Below are positions 34,638-44,149 of a stretch of 50,992 bases of DNA, one piece after another. Below the pieces are notes generated by a model. It was not told the DNA's origin. It saw only the letters and a list, made by a program, of their open reading frames with translations, and searched no databases. Numbering within the stretch: position 1 is the first letter of the stretch; each line of letters begins with the position of its first letter. The position numbers were made by a program, and so were the translations under genes. The DNA is from an uncultured Spartobacteria bacterium (GTDB lineage Bacteria; Verrucomicrobiota; Verrucomicrobiia; Chthoniobacterales; Terrimicrobiaceae), in NCBI GenBank assembly GCA_937960895.1, contig CALCJD010000145.1:1-50992 (forward strand). The letters are read 5' to 3'.

Positions 34638-37226
34638 ATGAGACAAACGGCCTTCATCGTTCCGGCGCTGGTGATAGTTTCCTCCCTGGGATCTCTCAGC
34701 GCTCAGAACATCGCCTCCATCGCCGACCGGGAAATCGTTCGCCGTCAGGAGGACTTGGTTGTCGGCGAAAAGCTGATCGCCCGTGGCGACAAAGCGATGG
34801 CCGAAAAGGAATACGAACAGGCGTATGTCAACTACCTGGATGCCTTGGATCGCATCCCCGCCGGGGGCGCCAGCAAATCTCTGCGGGCCAGCGCGGTCGA
34901 CAAGTTCAGCCGCGCCGCCATCGCGTATGCGGAACACCTCATTGCCACCGGCCGCTACAGCGACGCGGAAAAGGTCGCCAAGACGGTTCTCCTGCCGGAA
35001 TACAATCCGACCTACAAGCCGGCGGTGAAGCTTCTCTCCAACCTGGAGCAGCCCGACTATTACAACAAGACGGTCACCCCGCGCTCGGCGGCCGACACCG
35101 AGGAGGTCACCCGTCTGCTTTACGAAGCTCAAGGGTATTATGAGAGCGGCCGGTATGACCTGGCGATGAAACGTTACGAACAGGTCCTCAACATCGACCG
35201 TTACAACATCGCGGCCCGCAAGGGGATGGACCAGGTCAACCTGCAGAAGTCCAAATATTACGGCAGCGCCTACAACGAAACCCGCAGCCGCATGTTGTGG
35301 CAGGTGGACAACTCCTGGGACCGTCCTGTCCGTCGTTTTCAGGGAGGCCGTTCCACGGCGACCGGTCCGCTCAATCGCACGGGTGTGCGCAACACCGAGG
35401 CCATCATGGCCAAGCTGAACCGGATCATCATTCCCCGCATCGATCTGCAGGAGGCCACCGTTCGTGATGCGGTGGAGTTCCTCAAGCAACGCAGCCGGGA
35501 TCTCGACACCTCGGCGGAATCCCCAGGTGAACGTCGCGGCGTCAACATCGTACTCAAGCTGGACAGCGTTCCCGCCGCGGCCCCGGCCGATCCCAATGCC
35601 CCCGAGGATCCCAATGCGCCGCCTCCGCAGGTGAGCGGCAATGAGAACACCCGGATTACGCTGAGCTTGAACAATGTGCCTCTCATCGAAGCGCTGAGGT
35701 ATCTGACCGAGCTCTCCGGCCTGAAGTACAAGATCGACCCGTATGCGGTGTCCATCGTCCCGCTGTCCGAGAACACCACGGACCTGGTGACCAAGGAGTA
35801 TCGGGTTCCGCCCGGCTTCATTCCCACGGAATCGGGCGATGGGGACGCCCTGCCGACCCCGGGGGCGATCAGCGCCGAGCCCAACGCCCGTCGGATCGGG
35901 ACCAGGGTGGACGCCAAGACCTATCTGGCCCAGAGCGGCGTGCCGTTCCCGACCGGTGCGTTTGCCCAGTATGTTCCTGCGGGCAGCAAGCTGATTGTTC
36001 GGAACACCCCGGATGCGATCGATCTGGTGGATTACCTCGTGGATGCCGCCGTCGGTGTTCAGCCGACCCAGGTGGAGATCGAGTCCAAGTTTCTTGAGAT
36101 CACCCAGAACAACCTGAAGGAGCTGGGCTTCGACTGGCTGCTGGGGCCGTTCTCCATCGGCGGGGGAGTTTATGGAGCCGGTGGCACCGTGGGTTATGAC
36201 GGAACCGGGGTTTCTCCCGCAAGCTATCCGTTCGTGAGCGGAGGCGTTCCGGTGGGCGCCGCCGGCGCCGGCGGGGCCGGCTATCCGGTGACTTCCGGAC
36301 TGCGTTCGGGTGTGGGAACCAGCACCCAGTCGGCCATTTCCGCCAACAGCATCGATTCGCTGATCAGCGGCATCGTGCCCGGAACGAACTTTGCCTCGCC
36401 GTCCATCTTCGGTCTGTCCGGCATCTTCACCAATCCGCAATTCCAGGTCGTCATTCGGGCCCTGGATCAGAAAAAAGGTGTGGATCTGATGTCCGCGCCG
36501 AAAGTCACCACCAAGAGCGGTCACAAGGCGATTGTCCGTGTGGTCCGTGAGTTCCCGTATCCGGTCGAATTCAATCCGCCGGAGCCTCCTCCGCCGCAGA
36601 CCGGCATCACAACCAGCATCGGAGGTGGCCAGGTTCCGGGCACGATCATCACCACCGGTGTTGTCACCCCGACCACTCCGACCGCGTTTGAAACCCGCAA
36701 TCTCGGTGTGACCCTCGAGGTGGAGCCCGTGGTGGGACCGGATGGTTATACCATCGATCTGAATCTGTCTCCCGAAGTGGTGGAGTTTGACGGCTTCGTC
36801 AACTACGGATCGCCGATTCTTGGTGCCCGGTTCAATCTGGCGACCCTGACCATCACCCAGCCGCTCATTACCGACAACACCATCAACCAGCCGATCTTCT
36901 CGACCCGCAAGGTGACCACCAGCGTCAGCATTTGGGACGGGCAGACGGTGGCACTGGGCGGACTCATCCGTGAGGACGTTCAGAAGGTTCAGGACAAGGT
37001 GCCGATCCTCGGTGACGTGCCGCTCGCGGGCCGCCTCTTCCGCTCGAACGTCGACCAGAAGATCAAGCGCAACCTGATCATCTTCGTCACCGCCCGCCTT
37101 CTGGATGCGGAGGGACGTCCGGTGCGTCAGGAAGACGAGACGGAGGAAATGGTGGAGCCCCTGGGGCTGCCTCAGGACATTCCCGCTCCGCCCTTCGAGC
37201 TCGGAAAAGGCATTCCGCTCAAGTAA
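34638..37226 (+). CDS. Secretin (PilQ/GspD family); paralog 2, tandem duplicate of 32114..34591
   Basis: Signal peptide MRQTAFIVPALVIVSSLGSLSAQ (alternative start 34611). Near-identical motifs: VEIESKFLEITQNNLKELGFDWL, PILGDVPLAGRLFRS and NLIIFVTARLL. The N-terminal region is colinear with paralog 1 (YNPTY, RYEQVLN(V/I)D.YNIAAR(R/K)GM). It carries extra low-complexity inserts (APADPNAPEDPNAPPP; GAAGAGGAGYP). Confidence 0.85.
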   Translation: MRQTAFIVPALVIVSSLGSLSAQNIASIADREIVRRQEDLVVGEKLIARGDKAMAEKEYEQAYVNYLDALDRIPAGGASKSLRASAVDKFSRAAIAYAEHLIATGRYSDAEKVAKTVLLPEYNPTYKPAVKLLSNLEQPDYYNKTVTPRSAADTEEVTRLLYEAQGYYESGRYDLAMKRYEQVLNIDRYNIAARKGMDQVNLQKSKYYGSAYNETRSRMLWQVDNSWDRPVRRFQGGRSTATGPLNRTGVRNTEAIMAKLNRIIIPRIDLQEATVRDAVEFLKQRSRDLDTSAESPGERRGVNIVLKLDSVPAAAPADPNAPEDPNAPPPQVSGNENTRITLSLNNVPLIEALRYLTELSGLKYKIDPYAVSIVPLSENTTDLVTKEYRVPPGFIPTESGDGDALPTPGAISAEPNARRIGTRVDAKTYLAQSGVPFPTGAFAQYVPAGSKLIVRNTPDAIDLVDYLVDAAVGVQPTQVEIESKFLEITQNNLKELGFDWLLGPFSIGGGVYGAGGTVGYDGTGVSPASYPFVSGGVPVGAAGAGGAGYPVTSGLRSGVGTSTQSAISANSIDSLISGIVPGTNFASPSIFGLSGIFTNPQFQVVIRALDQKKGVDLMSAPKVTTKSGHKAIVRVVREFPYPVEFNPPEPPPPQTGITTSIGGGQVPGTIITTGVVTPTTPTAFETRNLGVTLEVEPVVGPDGYTIDLNLSPEVVEFDGFVNYGSPILGARFNLATLTITQPLITDNTINQPIFSTRKVTTSVSIWDGQTVALGGLIREDVQKVQDKVPILGDVPLAGRLFRSNVDQKIKRNLIIFVTARLLDAEGRPVRQEDETEEMVEPLGLPQDIPAPPFELGKGIPLK

Positions 37227-37299
37227 CGGCTCGCCAAGGTCCCCCGTTCGGAATGACGGACGGGGGTGCCGGGAGCGCGGGCGCAAGGAGACCGTCGAG

Positions 37300-37902
37300 A
37301 TGCCCATTCTTGGAATCACCGGCGGAATCGCCTCGGGAAAGACCACCTTCCGCAAGCTGCTTCTCGAGCGGATCGAGGCGGATTTTTTCGACAGCGACGC
37401 CTGCGCCCGGGAGTTGCTCGACGAGGACGAGTCCATTCGCGAGCAGGTTCTCGCAAAAGTGCATCCCGAGGCCTATGGCGCGGGGGGACGGCCGAATCGG
37501 ACGCTGCTGCGCGAGTTGATTTATCAGGACGCCGCCAAAAAACGCACGCTGGAGGGCATTCTTCATCCGGTGATTCGCGAGCGCTGGTCCCGTCAGGCCC
37601 GCGAAGCCGCGGCGGCCAACCGCCTTTTTGTCGTCGATATTCCCCTGCTTTTCGAAACCAAGGCCGAGTCGCTGTTCGATAGCATTGTCACCGTGGCCTG
37701 TTCCGTCGAAACGCAGCTGGACCGTCTCGGGAGAAACCGCAATCTGCCCCGCGAAATCTCGGAGAAAATCATTGCATCCCAGATGCCGATGGGGGTCAAA
37801 ATCGCCCGCTCTCACCACGTCGTCTGGAACGAAGGATCCCTGGAAGCCCTGACGACCCAAACCGATTTGCTAGCCCGCCATTTGCATGACCGATACGGTT
37901 GA
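37300..37902 (+). CDS. coaE: Dephospho-CoA kinase
   Basis: MPILGITGGIASGKTT (P-loop); ATG at 37300 verified. Track ORF 37105.. is 5'-over-extended. Confidence 0.85.
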   Translation: MPILGITGGIASGKTTFRKLLLERIEADFFDSDACARELLDEDESIREQVLAKVHPEAYGAGGRPNRTLLRELIYQDAAKKRTLEGILHPVIRERWSRQAREAAAANRLFVVDIPLLFETKAESLFDSIVTVACSVETQLDRLGRNRNLPREISEKIIASQMPMGVKIARSHHVVWNEGSLEALTTQTDLLARHLHDRYG

Positions 37903-39184
37903 AAACTCTCCGCCGCCCGCGTTGGAGCCCCTGTGCCTGAATTCGCTGCAGACTCTTGGTCTGCCGAAGCTCCTCGAACGGGCCGCCGACCTGGGCATCC
38001 GCATCCGGCCGGACGCGTCCCGGCACCATCTGGTGCTCGACCAGGCCCGCTACCAGCTCAGTCAGGGCGGGGAGGTGCACGCCACCGGATTGCTCGAAAT
38101 GTCCGGCGAAAACGGCGTCCTGCGCTGGCCGGCGTTCAATCTGCGCCCCGGTCCGGAGGATGTGCTGGTGCCGGCGGCGTTGATGCGCCCCCTGGAATTG
38201 CGGCCGGGTTTCTTTTTGCACTGCAGGTTGCGCCTGCCCCAGGACCGGGAACGCGGCCTTGTCGTGGAGTCCATCCTCGACATCGAGGGCATTCCGGTGG
38301 GGGAGTGGCGGCCGCCGGTTGAGTTCGACAAGCTCACCCCGCTCTTTCCCAATCGCCGGGTGTTTCTCGACTCCGCCCAGCATTCCTCGCTGACGGCCCG
38401 GGCGGTGGATCTGGTCGCGCCGCTCGGCATGGGGCAGCGGGGCCTGATCGTCGCGCCGCCGCGGGCCGGAAAGACGCTCATGCTCAAGGCGATTGCCAAG
38501 GCGATCCGCTCGAACCATCCCGAGATTGCGCTCATTTTGCTGCTGGTGGACGAACGTCCCGAGGAGGTCACCGACCTGCGGCGCGAACTGGATTGCGAAA
38601 TTTACAGCTCCACCTTTGACGAACCCGTCGCCCGCCACGTGCAGGTGTGCGAGGCGGTGGCGGAGCGCGCCAAGCGCCTGGTCGAGCTGCGCAAGGATGT
38701 CATCATTCTGGTCGACTCGCTGACCCGCATGGCGCGGGGCTACAACAACCTCCAGCCCGGCAAGGGGCGGACGATGAGCGGCGGCGTCGACTCCAAGGCG
38801 CTTGCCAAGCCGCGCAAGTTTTTCGGTTCGGCCCGCAATGTGGAGGAGGGGGGCAGCCTCACCATTCTTGCCACGGCGCTGGTGGAAACCCAGAGCCGCA
38901 TGGACGACCTGATTTTTGAGGAGTTCAAGGGCACGGGCAACATGGAGGTGCACCTCGACCGCTCCATTGCCGAACAGCGCATTTTTCCCGCCATTCACAT
39001 CGTCAAATCCGGCACACGCCGTGAGGAACTGCTTTATCATCCGGACGAATACGAGCGCGTGGTGCAGATTCGCAGGCAGCTGTCCGAACTTCCCGCCGCC
39101 GAGGCCATGGAGGTTCTTGCCGTCAATCTCCAGCACACCCGCTCGAATGCCGAGCTGCTCCTCACCGGGCTGAGGGGAGTCTGA
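37886..39184 (+). CDS. rho: Transcription termination factor Rho
   Basis: Walker [16 protein letters not shown], the [12 protein letters not shown] motif, and Q- and R-loop regions. 432 aa. Confidence 0.9.
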   Translation: MTDTVENSPPPALEPLCLNSLQTLGLPKLLERAADLGIRIRPDASRHHLVLDQARYQLSQGGEVHATGLLEMSGENGVLRWPAFNLRPGPEDVLVPAALMRPLELRPGFFLHCRLRLPQDRERGLVVESILDIEGIPVGEWRPPVEFDKLTPLFPNRRVFLDSAQHSSLTARAVDLVAPLGMGQRGLIVAPPRAGKTLMLKAIAKAIRSNHPEIALILLLVDERPEEVTDLRRELDCEIYSSTFDEPVARHVQVCEAVAERAKRLVELRKDVIILVDSLTRMARGYNNLQPGKGRTMSGGVDSKALAKPRKFFGSARNVEEGGSLTILATALVETQSRMDDLIFEEFKGTGNMEVHLDRSIAEQRIFPAIHIVKSGTRREELLYHPDEYERVVQIRRQLSELPAAEAMEVLAVNLQHTRSNAELLLTGLRGV

Positions 39185-40611
39185 TGAAGGGGCGCGGTTC
39201 CGCCCTCCTGATCGTCCTTTTTCTTTTGGTCGCGCTGGCGGTTTTTTGGAATCGCGCAGCCGTTCAGGGCCGTGCGGTCAACACCAACATGGACTCGACC
39301 GATCAGAGCGCCTACATGAAGCAGGCCATCGATCAGCGGCTCACCGACTTCGCCTACGTCAATCCCCGGAACCGCATGCCCCTTTACCCGGGGCTGCTGG
39401 CGCTCTTCATGGACAAGGGGGAATTGACCGCCCTGCGGGAGACCCATCCGGAAAACCGCGAATTCTTCCGCCGCGCCTGCGCGGGATTTTTTGAGACCGG
39501 AAAAAAAATCAACACGGTCCTGGCCGTCGGGCTGCTCGTTTTTCTGGCGGTGGTGTTTTTGCGGAAGTTTCCCCCTCACCATGCCCTCAACATCTGGACG
39601 CTGGCGGCCTTCGGCGTCATCGTCTTCAAGGCGCCCTGGGTCCAGGCGGAGCTGCTTTATTATTTTCTGACCTTTTCGGCCTTCCTGGTGTGCTGGCGAT
39701 TGTTTGGCCGTCCGGATTTCCTTCTGGCGATCCTGGGCGGTGCGCTGCTGGGTCTCGGCCATCTCACCAAGGCTTCCGTGCTGCCGGGAGTGCTGGTGTT
39801 TGTGGTATTTTATCCTCTCGACGCGCTCTGGCGGGGTTTTCGGAGAACGGGGAGGGGCGACACCGCGAACCCTGTGGGAGGAGCCCCGGAATGCCCGCGG
39901 CCGTGGGGGGGAGTGCTCCGCCGGGTGGCCGTCGCGGGTCTTGTCGCCGCCGCCTATCTGGCGGTCATCGGCCCGTACATCCTGCAGAGCAAGCGGATGT
40001 TCGGCAGCTATTTTTACAATGTGAATTCCACGTTTTACATGTGGTGCGACTCGTGGAAGGAGGCGAAGGCCAGCACGGGCGGCGAGGACCGCAAGGGGTT
40101 TCCCGACCACATTCCCCGGGATCAGTTGCCGAGCCTTTCGAAGTATCTGAAAACCCACACCGCCGGGCAGATTGTCATGCGGCCCATCAAGGGAATTTCC
40201 GTGGTCTTCAATTCCATGATGCGCGCCTACGGCTACCTTGGCCCGTGCCTCGCGTATCTGGGGTTTGCCGTTGTCGTGGCCGCATGGAAATGGCGGCTTG
40301 TCCGGCGTTTGATCTCCCGGCGTCCGGTGCCGCTGCTGGCCCTTCTCGCCTACTTTTGCGGCTATTACCTGCTGTTCGCCTGGTACAGTCCCATCATCAA
40401 CGGGAACCGCTTCGTTCTCGGACTCTTTCTGCCGTTTCTCTTCTCGGTGTCCGTGGTCATCGTCCGGCTGGCTCCGCGGGTGCGTTGGGCCTGGCGCGGC
40501 CGGCGCCTTCCGCTGCTCACCGCGTTTAATGTCATGATGTCAGCCTGGATTGCCTGGGAAGTTGCGTGGATTTGCTTCGATCGGATAGCGCGGGTGTACG
40601 GGGGCGGATAA
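39184..40611 (+). CDS. Polytopic membrane protein, GT-C fold glycosyltransferase-like (ArnT/PMT family-like)
   Basis: At least 11 TM helices. An acidic loop motif follows the first TM (NMDSTDQSAYMKQA, D-x-D/E...Y). 475 aa. The stop of rho overlaps its ATG (gtCTGATGa). Confidence 0.55.
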   Translation: MKGRGSALLIVLFLLVALAVFWNRAAVQGRAVNTNMDSTDQSAYMKQAIDQRLTDFAYVNPRNRMPLYPGLLALFMDKGELTALRETHPENREFFRRACAGFFETGKKINTVLAVGLLVFLAVVFLRKFPPHHALNIWTLAAFGVIVFKAPWVQAELLYYFLTFSAFLVCWRLFGRPDFLLAILGGALLGLGHLTKASVLPGVLVFVVFYPLDALWRGFRRTGRGDTANPVGGAPECPRPWGGVLRRVAVAGLVAAAYLAVIGPYILQSKRMFGSYFYNVNSTFYMWCDSWKEAKASTGGEDRKGFPDHIPRDQLPSLSKYLKTHTAGQIVMRPIKGISVVFNSMMRAYGYLGPCLAYLGFAVVVAAWKWRLVRRLISRRPVPLLALLAYFCGYYLLFAWYSPIINGNRFVLGLFLPFLFSVSVVIVRLAPRVRWAWRGRRLPLLTAFNVMMSAWIAWEVAWICFDRIARVYGGG

Positions 40612-41220
40612 AAACGGCGACCGACCCTCGGCGGCCAGACGCCGTTTGACGCCCCGCGCAAACAGGTATCCCGCGACGCAACCGCCGAAGTGGGCGGCAT
40701 GACCGATGCCCGGCATCAGGCCCGTGAACATCAGGAAAAACGACGAGGCGGCCAATCCGATCCCCAGGGTGCGGGCCCGCAGGCGCAGCGGCAGGATGAA
40801 GACGATGGCCATGACCTGGGCCTGCGGAAAGAGGGTGGTGAAGGCCAGAATGACTCCAAAGACGGCCCCCGACGCGCCGATCAGCGGGGCGGTTCCGCCA
40901 AAAACCAGCTGGAACAGACCTCCCGCCACCGCGCCGGCAAAATACAGTCCCAGAAAACGCCAGGTGCCCACCACCCGCTCGACGATCCGTCCGGCGAACC
41001 ACAGTCCCATCATGTTGAACAGCAGGTGCAGGAGGTTGCCGTGCAGGAAGGCGTGGGTGAAAATCTGCCACCAGAAGCCGGCCTCCAGTCCCCACGCGCT
41101 CAGGGCATAGAGGGCCTGGAAGCGCGGATGATGGATCAGTCCCATCGTGTGAAGGAACACGAGAACGTTGACCGCGATGAGGACCGGAACGGCCTTCAGG
41201 CGTCTTTCCGAGAAATTCAT
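40540..41220 (-). CDS. Rhomboid-family intramembrane serine protease
   Basis: GASGAVFG (catalytic Ser) and HAAHFGG (catalytic His) motifs, with 6 TM helices. Confidence 0.8.
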   Translation of the reverse strand: MNFSERRLKAVPVLIAVNVLVFLHTMGLIHHPRFQALYALSAWGLEAGFWWQIFTHAFLHGNLLHLLFNMMGLWFAGRIVERVVGTWRFLGLYFAGAVAGGLFQLVFGGTAPLIGASGAVFGVILAFTTLFPQAQVMAIVFILPLRLRARTLGIGLAASSFFLMFTGLMPGIGHAAHFGGCVAGYLFARGVKRRLAAEGRSPFLSAPVHPRYPIEANPRNFPGNPG

Positions 41221-41257
41221 GCCGGAATTTAGACGCGGATGGACTTTCCGTCCACTG

Positions 41258-42130
41258 CTATGCGGGTGCGAGCACGCGGAGTTTCCGGCTGGAAACGCCC
41301 AGTTCGACCGGCAGCGAACCGCTCCATTCCCCGTCGAGTTCGATGGGCACGTATTCGCGGCTCATGAGGCGCAGGCCGCGGGTCTGGAAATATTCCACGT
41401 CGGGCAGACCCGGATGATTGCCGAAGGCGATGGCCTGGAAATAGCGGATCAGGTCCCAGTGGCTTTGGTGCTGAAAAACCAGCACGTCGAGCAGGCCGTC
41501 ATCGAGGTGGGCGTCCTTGAAAAGCACAAACGGCCCGCCATACAGCCGTCCGTTGCCGACCAGGACAAAGCTGCCCTGACGGGGCGGTCCGTCGACGGGG
41601 TCGACATGGATGAGGGGCGGCCTGCGGGCGGCGACCTGGGCCAGGGTGATGAGATAGCTGACCGGACCGAGGGCTTTTTTGGAGTCCGGGGTCGTGCGCT
41701 GGACCACCTCGGCATCAAGTCCGGCCCCGGCGAGTTGCACAAAATATTCGTCATTGGCGCGGGGCAGGTCCACCCGGCGGGTTTGACCCTCCTCGATCAC
41801 GGCCCAGGCCCCGGCGAGGTCGTTCTGGGGAAGGCCCAGTTCGGTGGCGAAGACGTTCATTGTGCCGACCGGAAGGATGCCGAGGGGGATGTCCGCTCCG
41901 GCCAGGCCGTTGACCACGTCATTGACCGTGCCGTCCCCGCCTGCGGCGACAACGGTGGAAAACCCCTCCTCCACGGCCTGCCGGGCGAGGGAACGCGCGT
42001 CGCCCGGAGCGTGGGTCACCCGCACCACGAGACGCGGGGAGAGGGCGGCGATCTTCTCCTGTTGCGACTGGGCCCGGTCTCCCCGGGCGGCCGGGTTGAG
42101 AATGACGAGGATTTTTTGGTCTGTCTTCAC
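41258..42130 (-). CDS. Diacylglycerol kinase catalytic-domain family lipid kinase (YegS/BmrU-like)
   Basis: Motifs ILNPAARG, GGDGTVNDVVNGL and GILPVGTMNVFA. Confidence 0.8.
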   Translation of the reverse strand: MKTDQKILVILNPAARGDRAQSQQEKIAALSPRLVVRVTHAPGDARSLARQAVEEGFSTVVAAGGDGTVNDVVNGLAGADIPLGILPVGTMNVFATELGLPQNDLAGAWAVIEEGQTRRVDLPRANDEYFVQLAGAGLDAEVVQRTTPDSKKALGPVSYLITLAQVAARRPPLIHVDPVDGPPRQGSFVLVGNGRLYGGPFVLFKDAHLDDGLLDVLVFQHQSHWDLIRYFQAIAFGNHPGLPDVEYFQTRGLRLMSREYVPIELDGEWSGSLPVELGVSSRKLRVLAPA

Positions 42131-42166
42131 ACTTCACTTTCCGCGGAAGTCGCGTAGTTTGCCGGG

Positions 42167-43561
42167 GTGCCCAAGATTGCCAAGCGATTGTTGTTTGTAG
42201 CGGCCGCCATTGTGGCGGTGATCGCTCTCCTTCTTCTTTGCATCAATCTTTATTTGCAGTCCGGAGGAGTCCAGCAGCGCATCCGGTCCGCGGCGGAGAG
42301 GGCCCTCGGCGCCGAAGTCCGGATTCGTTCCACGAGCTACACCCCCTGGGGCGGACTGAATCTGCGCGGGCTCAGCATCCCGGATCCCACCGCTCCTGAT
42401 CGGGACATGGTGCGGGCCGCGGGATTGCGGGTGCGTTTTCCCCTGGGGCCGTTGCTCCGGCAGCGGTTTGTGGTCACGGAGTGCAAATTGATCGAGCCCG
42501 TGGTGATCGCCCGTCAGACTCCCGACGGCGATTGGATCCTGCCTTTGCCCGGTCCTCGTCCCCGCGACGTGGAGGTGCCCGCGCAGCCGGCCGCTCCCTC
42601 CGTCAAGGGACCGTCCTTCAAGGCCGAGCTCCAGCGCTTCTGGCTGGCCGGCGGTTCCATGGTCTTCATCGACTCCAAAAACCGTCCGGTGTTGTCTCTC
42701 GACAAGGTCGACATCGACGCCAAGATCCTTCCCGACTATGCCGCGGAGGGCACGTTCTACATCGCGCGCATGCAGGTTTCGAACTCGCTCAAACCGGGCA
42801 AAATCGGCGGACCGTTCACCTGGGATGGACGGGTGCTGGATCTGCCGGAGATCAGCGGCGTGCTGGCCGGGGGCAAACTGAGCGGCTCCTACCGTCTGGA
42901 GACGGGAAATGAACCGTCCTTCCTATTGAACATGCGCGTCGACGACGCCCTGCTGAAGAAGCTGGTGGAGGACGCCCTCCTCGAACCGGGCAAGACCGAC
43001 GGCAAACTCCGCGGATCCGTCCAGCTCGGCGGGGATCCGCGCCGCAGCGAATCGGTTTCCGGCGGCGGCCAGATGGAGCTGATCGAAGCGACGCTGCGTC
43101 CGATCGAGTTTCTGGTGCAGGTGGGCCAGCTCCTGCAGATTGACGAACTGCAGCTTCTCCGCCTGCATGAGGCGCGGACCGCCTTCACGGTGCGGAACGA
43201 ACGCGTGCATGTCGACGATCTCATTTTGAAATCGGAAAATGTCATCATCACCGCGACGGGCCCGATTCGTTTCAATGGCAAGCTGAACCTCGCCGCCCGC
43301 CTGCTCGTCGGCAGCAAACTCCAGCGCCAGCTGGGCGGCATGCTGGGCAACAACTTTGTCGACTCGGAAATCCCCGACTACCGTCAGCTGCCGTTCTCGG
43401 TCACCGGCCGCGTGGACAGTCCGCGCACCGACCTGCTCGACAAAATCACCGGCGTGAAGCTGGGAGGCGAGGTGCCGGGAATCCTGAAAAATCTCTTCCA
43501 GATGGTGCCGCCGCAGAAGAAGAAAAAGAAAAGTTCGGACGCGAAGGATGCGCAAAATTGA
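42167..43561 (+). CDS. AsmA-family outer-membrane biogenesis protein
   Basis: N-terminal signal-anchor, 464 aa, AsmA-like repeating beta region, C-terminal Lys-rich tail. Confidence 0.65.
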   Translation: MPKIAKRLLFVAAAIVAVIALLLLCINLYLQSGGVQQRIRSAAERALGAEVRIRSTSYTPWGGLNLRGLSIPDPTAPDRDMVRAAGLRVRFPLGPLLRQRFVVTECKLIEPVVIARQTPDGDWILPLPGPRPRDVEVPAQPAAPSVKGPSFKAELQRFWLAGGSMVFIDSKNRPVLSLDKVDIDAKILPDYAAEGTFYIARMQVSNSLKPGKIGGPFTWDGRVLDLPEISGVLAGGKLSGSYRLETGNEPSFLLNMRVDDALLKKLVEDALLEPGKTDGKLRGSVQLGGDPRRSESVSGGGQMELIEATLRPIEFLVQVGQLLQIDELQLLRLHEARTAFTVRNERVHVDDLILKSENVIITATGPIRFNGKLNLAARLLVGSKLQRQLGGMLGNNFVDSEIPDYRQLPFSVTGRVDSPRTDLLDKITGVKLGGEVPGILKNLFQMVPPQKKKKKSSDAKDAQN

Positions 43562-43597
43562 CGGGCACCGCCGCCCCATCTTCGTCATCATGCGATC

Positions 43598-44149
43598 ATG
43601 CGCATCATAGCCGGTGAAGCCCGGGGTCTGCCGCTGATCCAGCCTCCGGCGGGGACCCGTCCGACCATGGACCGGGTGCGCGCCGCCATCTTTTCCAGCC
43701 TTGGCGACGCCGTTCCCGGAGCCCGGGTGCTGGATCTGTTCGCCGGATCCGGAGGCATGGGCATCGAGGCGCTCAGCCGCGGCGCGGCGTCCGCCGTGTT
43801 TGTCGATGTCAATCCGCGCGCCGTCGCCTGCGTGAAGGAAAACCTGCGCCGCGCGCGTTTGCAGGGATCGGTGCAGACGATGGACGCCCTGAAGTTTCTC
43901 GAGCTCTACGGCGCGGAAAATTTTGATCTCATTTTCGCCGATCCTCCGTACGCCAAGGACGCCGGCGACCGGGATTTTGCCGCGGAACTCCTGGCTTCCC
44001 CGCATCTTGCGTCCGCCTTGGTGCCGCATGGGACGTTCGTGCTGGAGCGATTCCCGGTCAGGGAGGAACCGCCGTCCCGTGCGCTCACGCTCCTGCGGGT
44101 GCGGCGCTACGGAGCCAGCGAGGTGGCGTATTACGTTCGGCCGGCATGA
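43598..44149 (+). CDS. rsmD: 16S rRNA (guanine966-N2)-methyltransferase
   Basis: VLDLFAGSGGMGIEALSRGA and FADPPY motifs. Confidence 0.85.
   Translation: MRIIAGEARGLPLIQPPAGTRPTMDRVRAAIFSSLGDAVPGARVLDLFAGSGGMGIEALSRGAASAVFVDVNPRAVACVKENLRRARLQGSVQTMDALKFLELYGAENFDLIFADPPYAKDAGDRDFAAELLASPHLASALVPHGTFVLERFPVREEPPSRALTLLRVRRYGASEVAYYVRPA

Noticed and set aside
32162-37436. Minus-strand ORFs of 831 and 960 aa, the longest in the track
   Set aside because: Arg/Gly/Asp-rich antisense shadows of the two secretin genes. The secretin frames have clear signal peptides and conserved secretin motifs.
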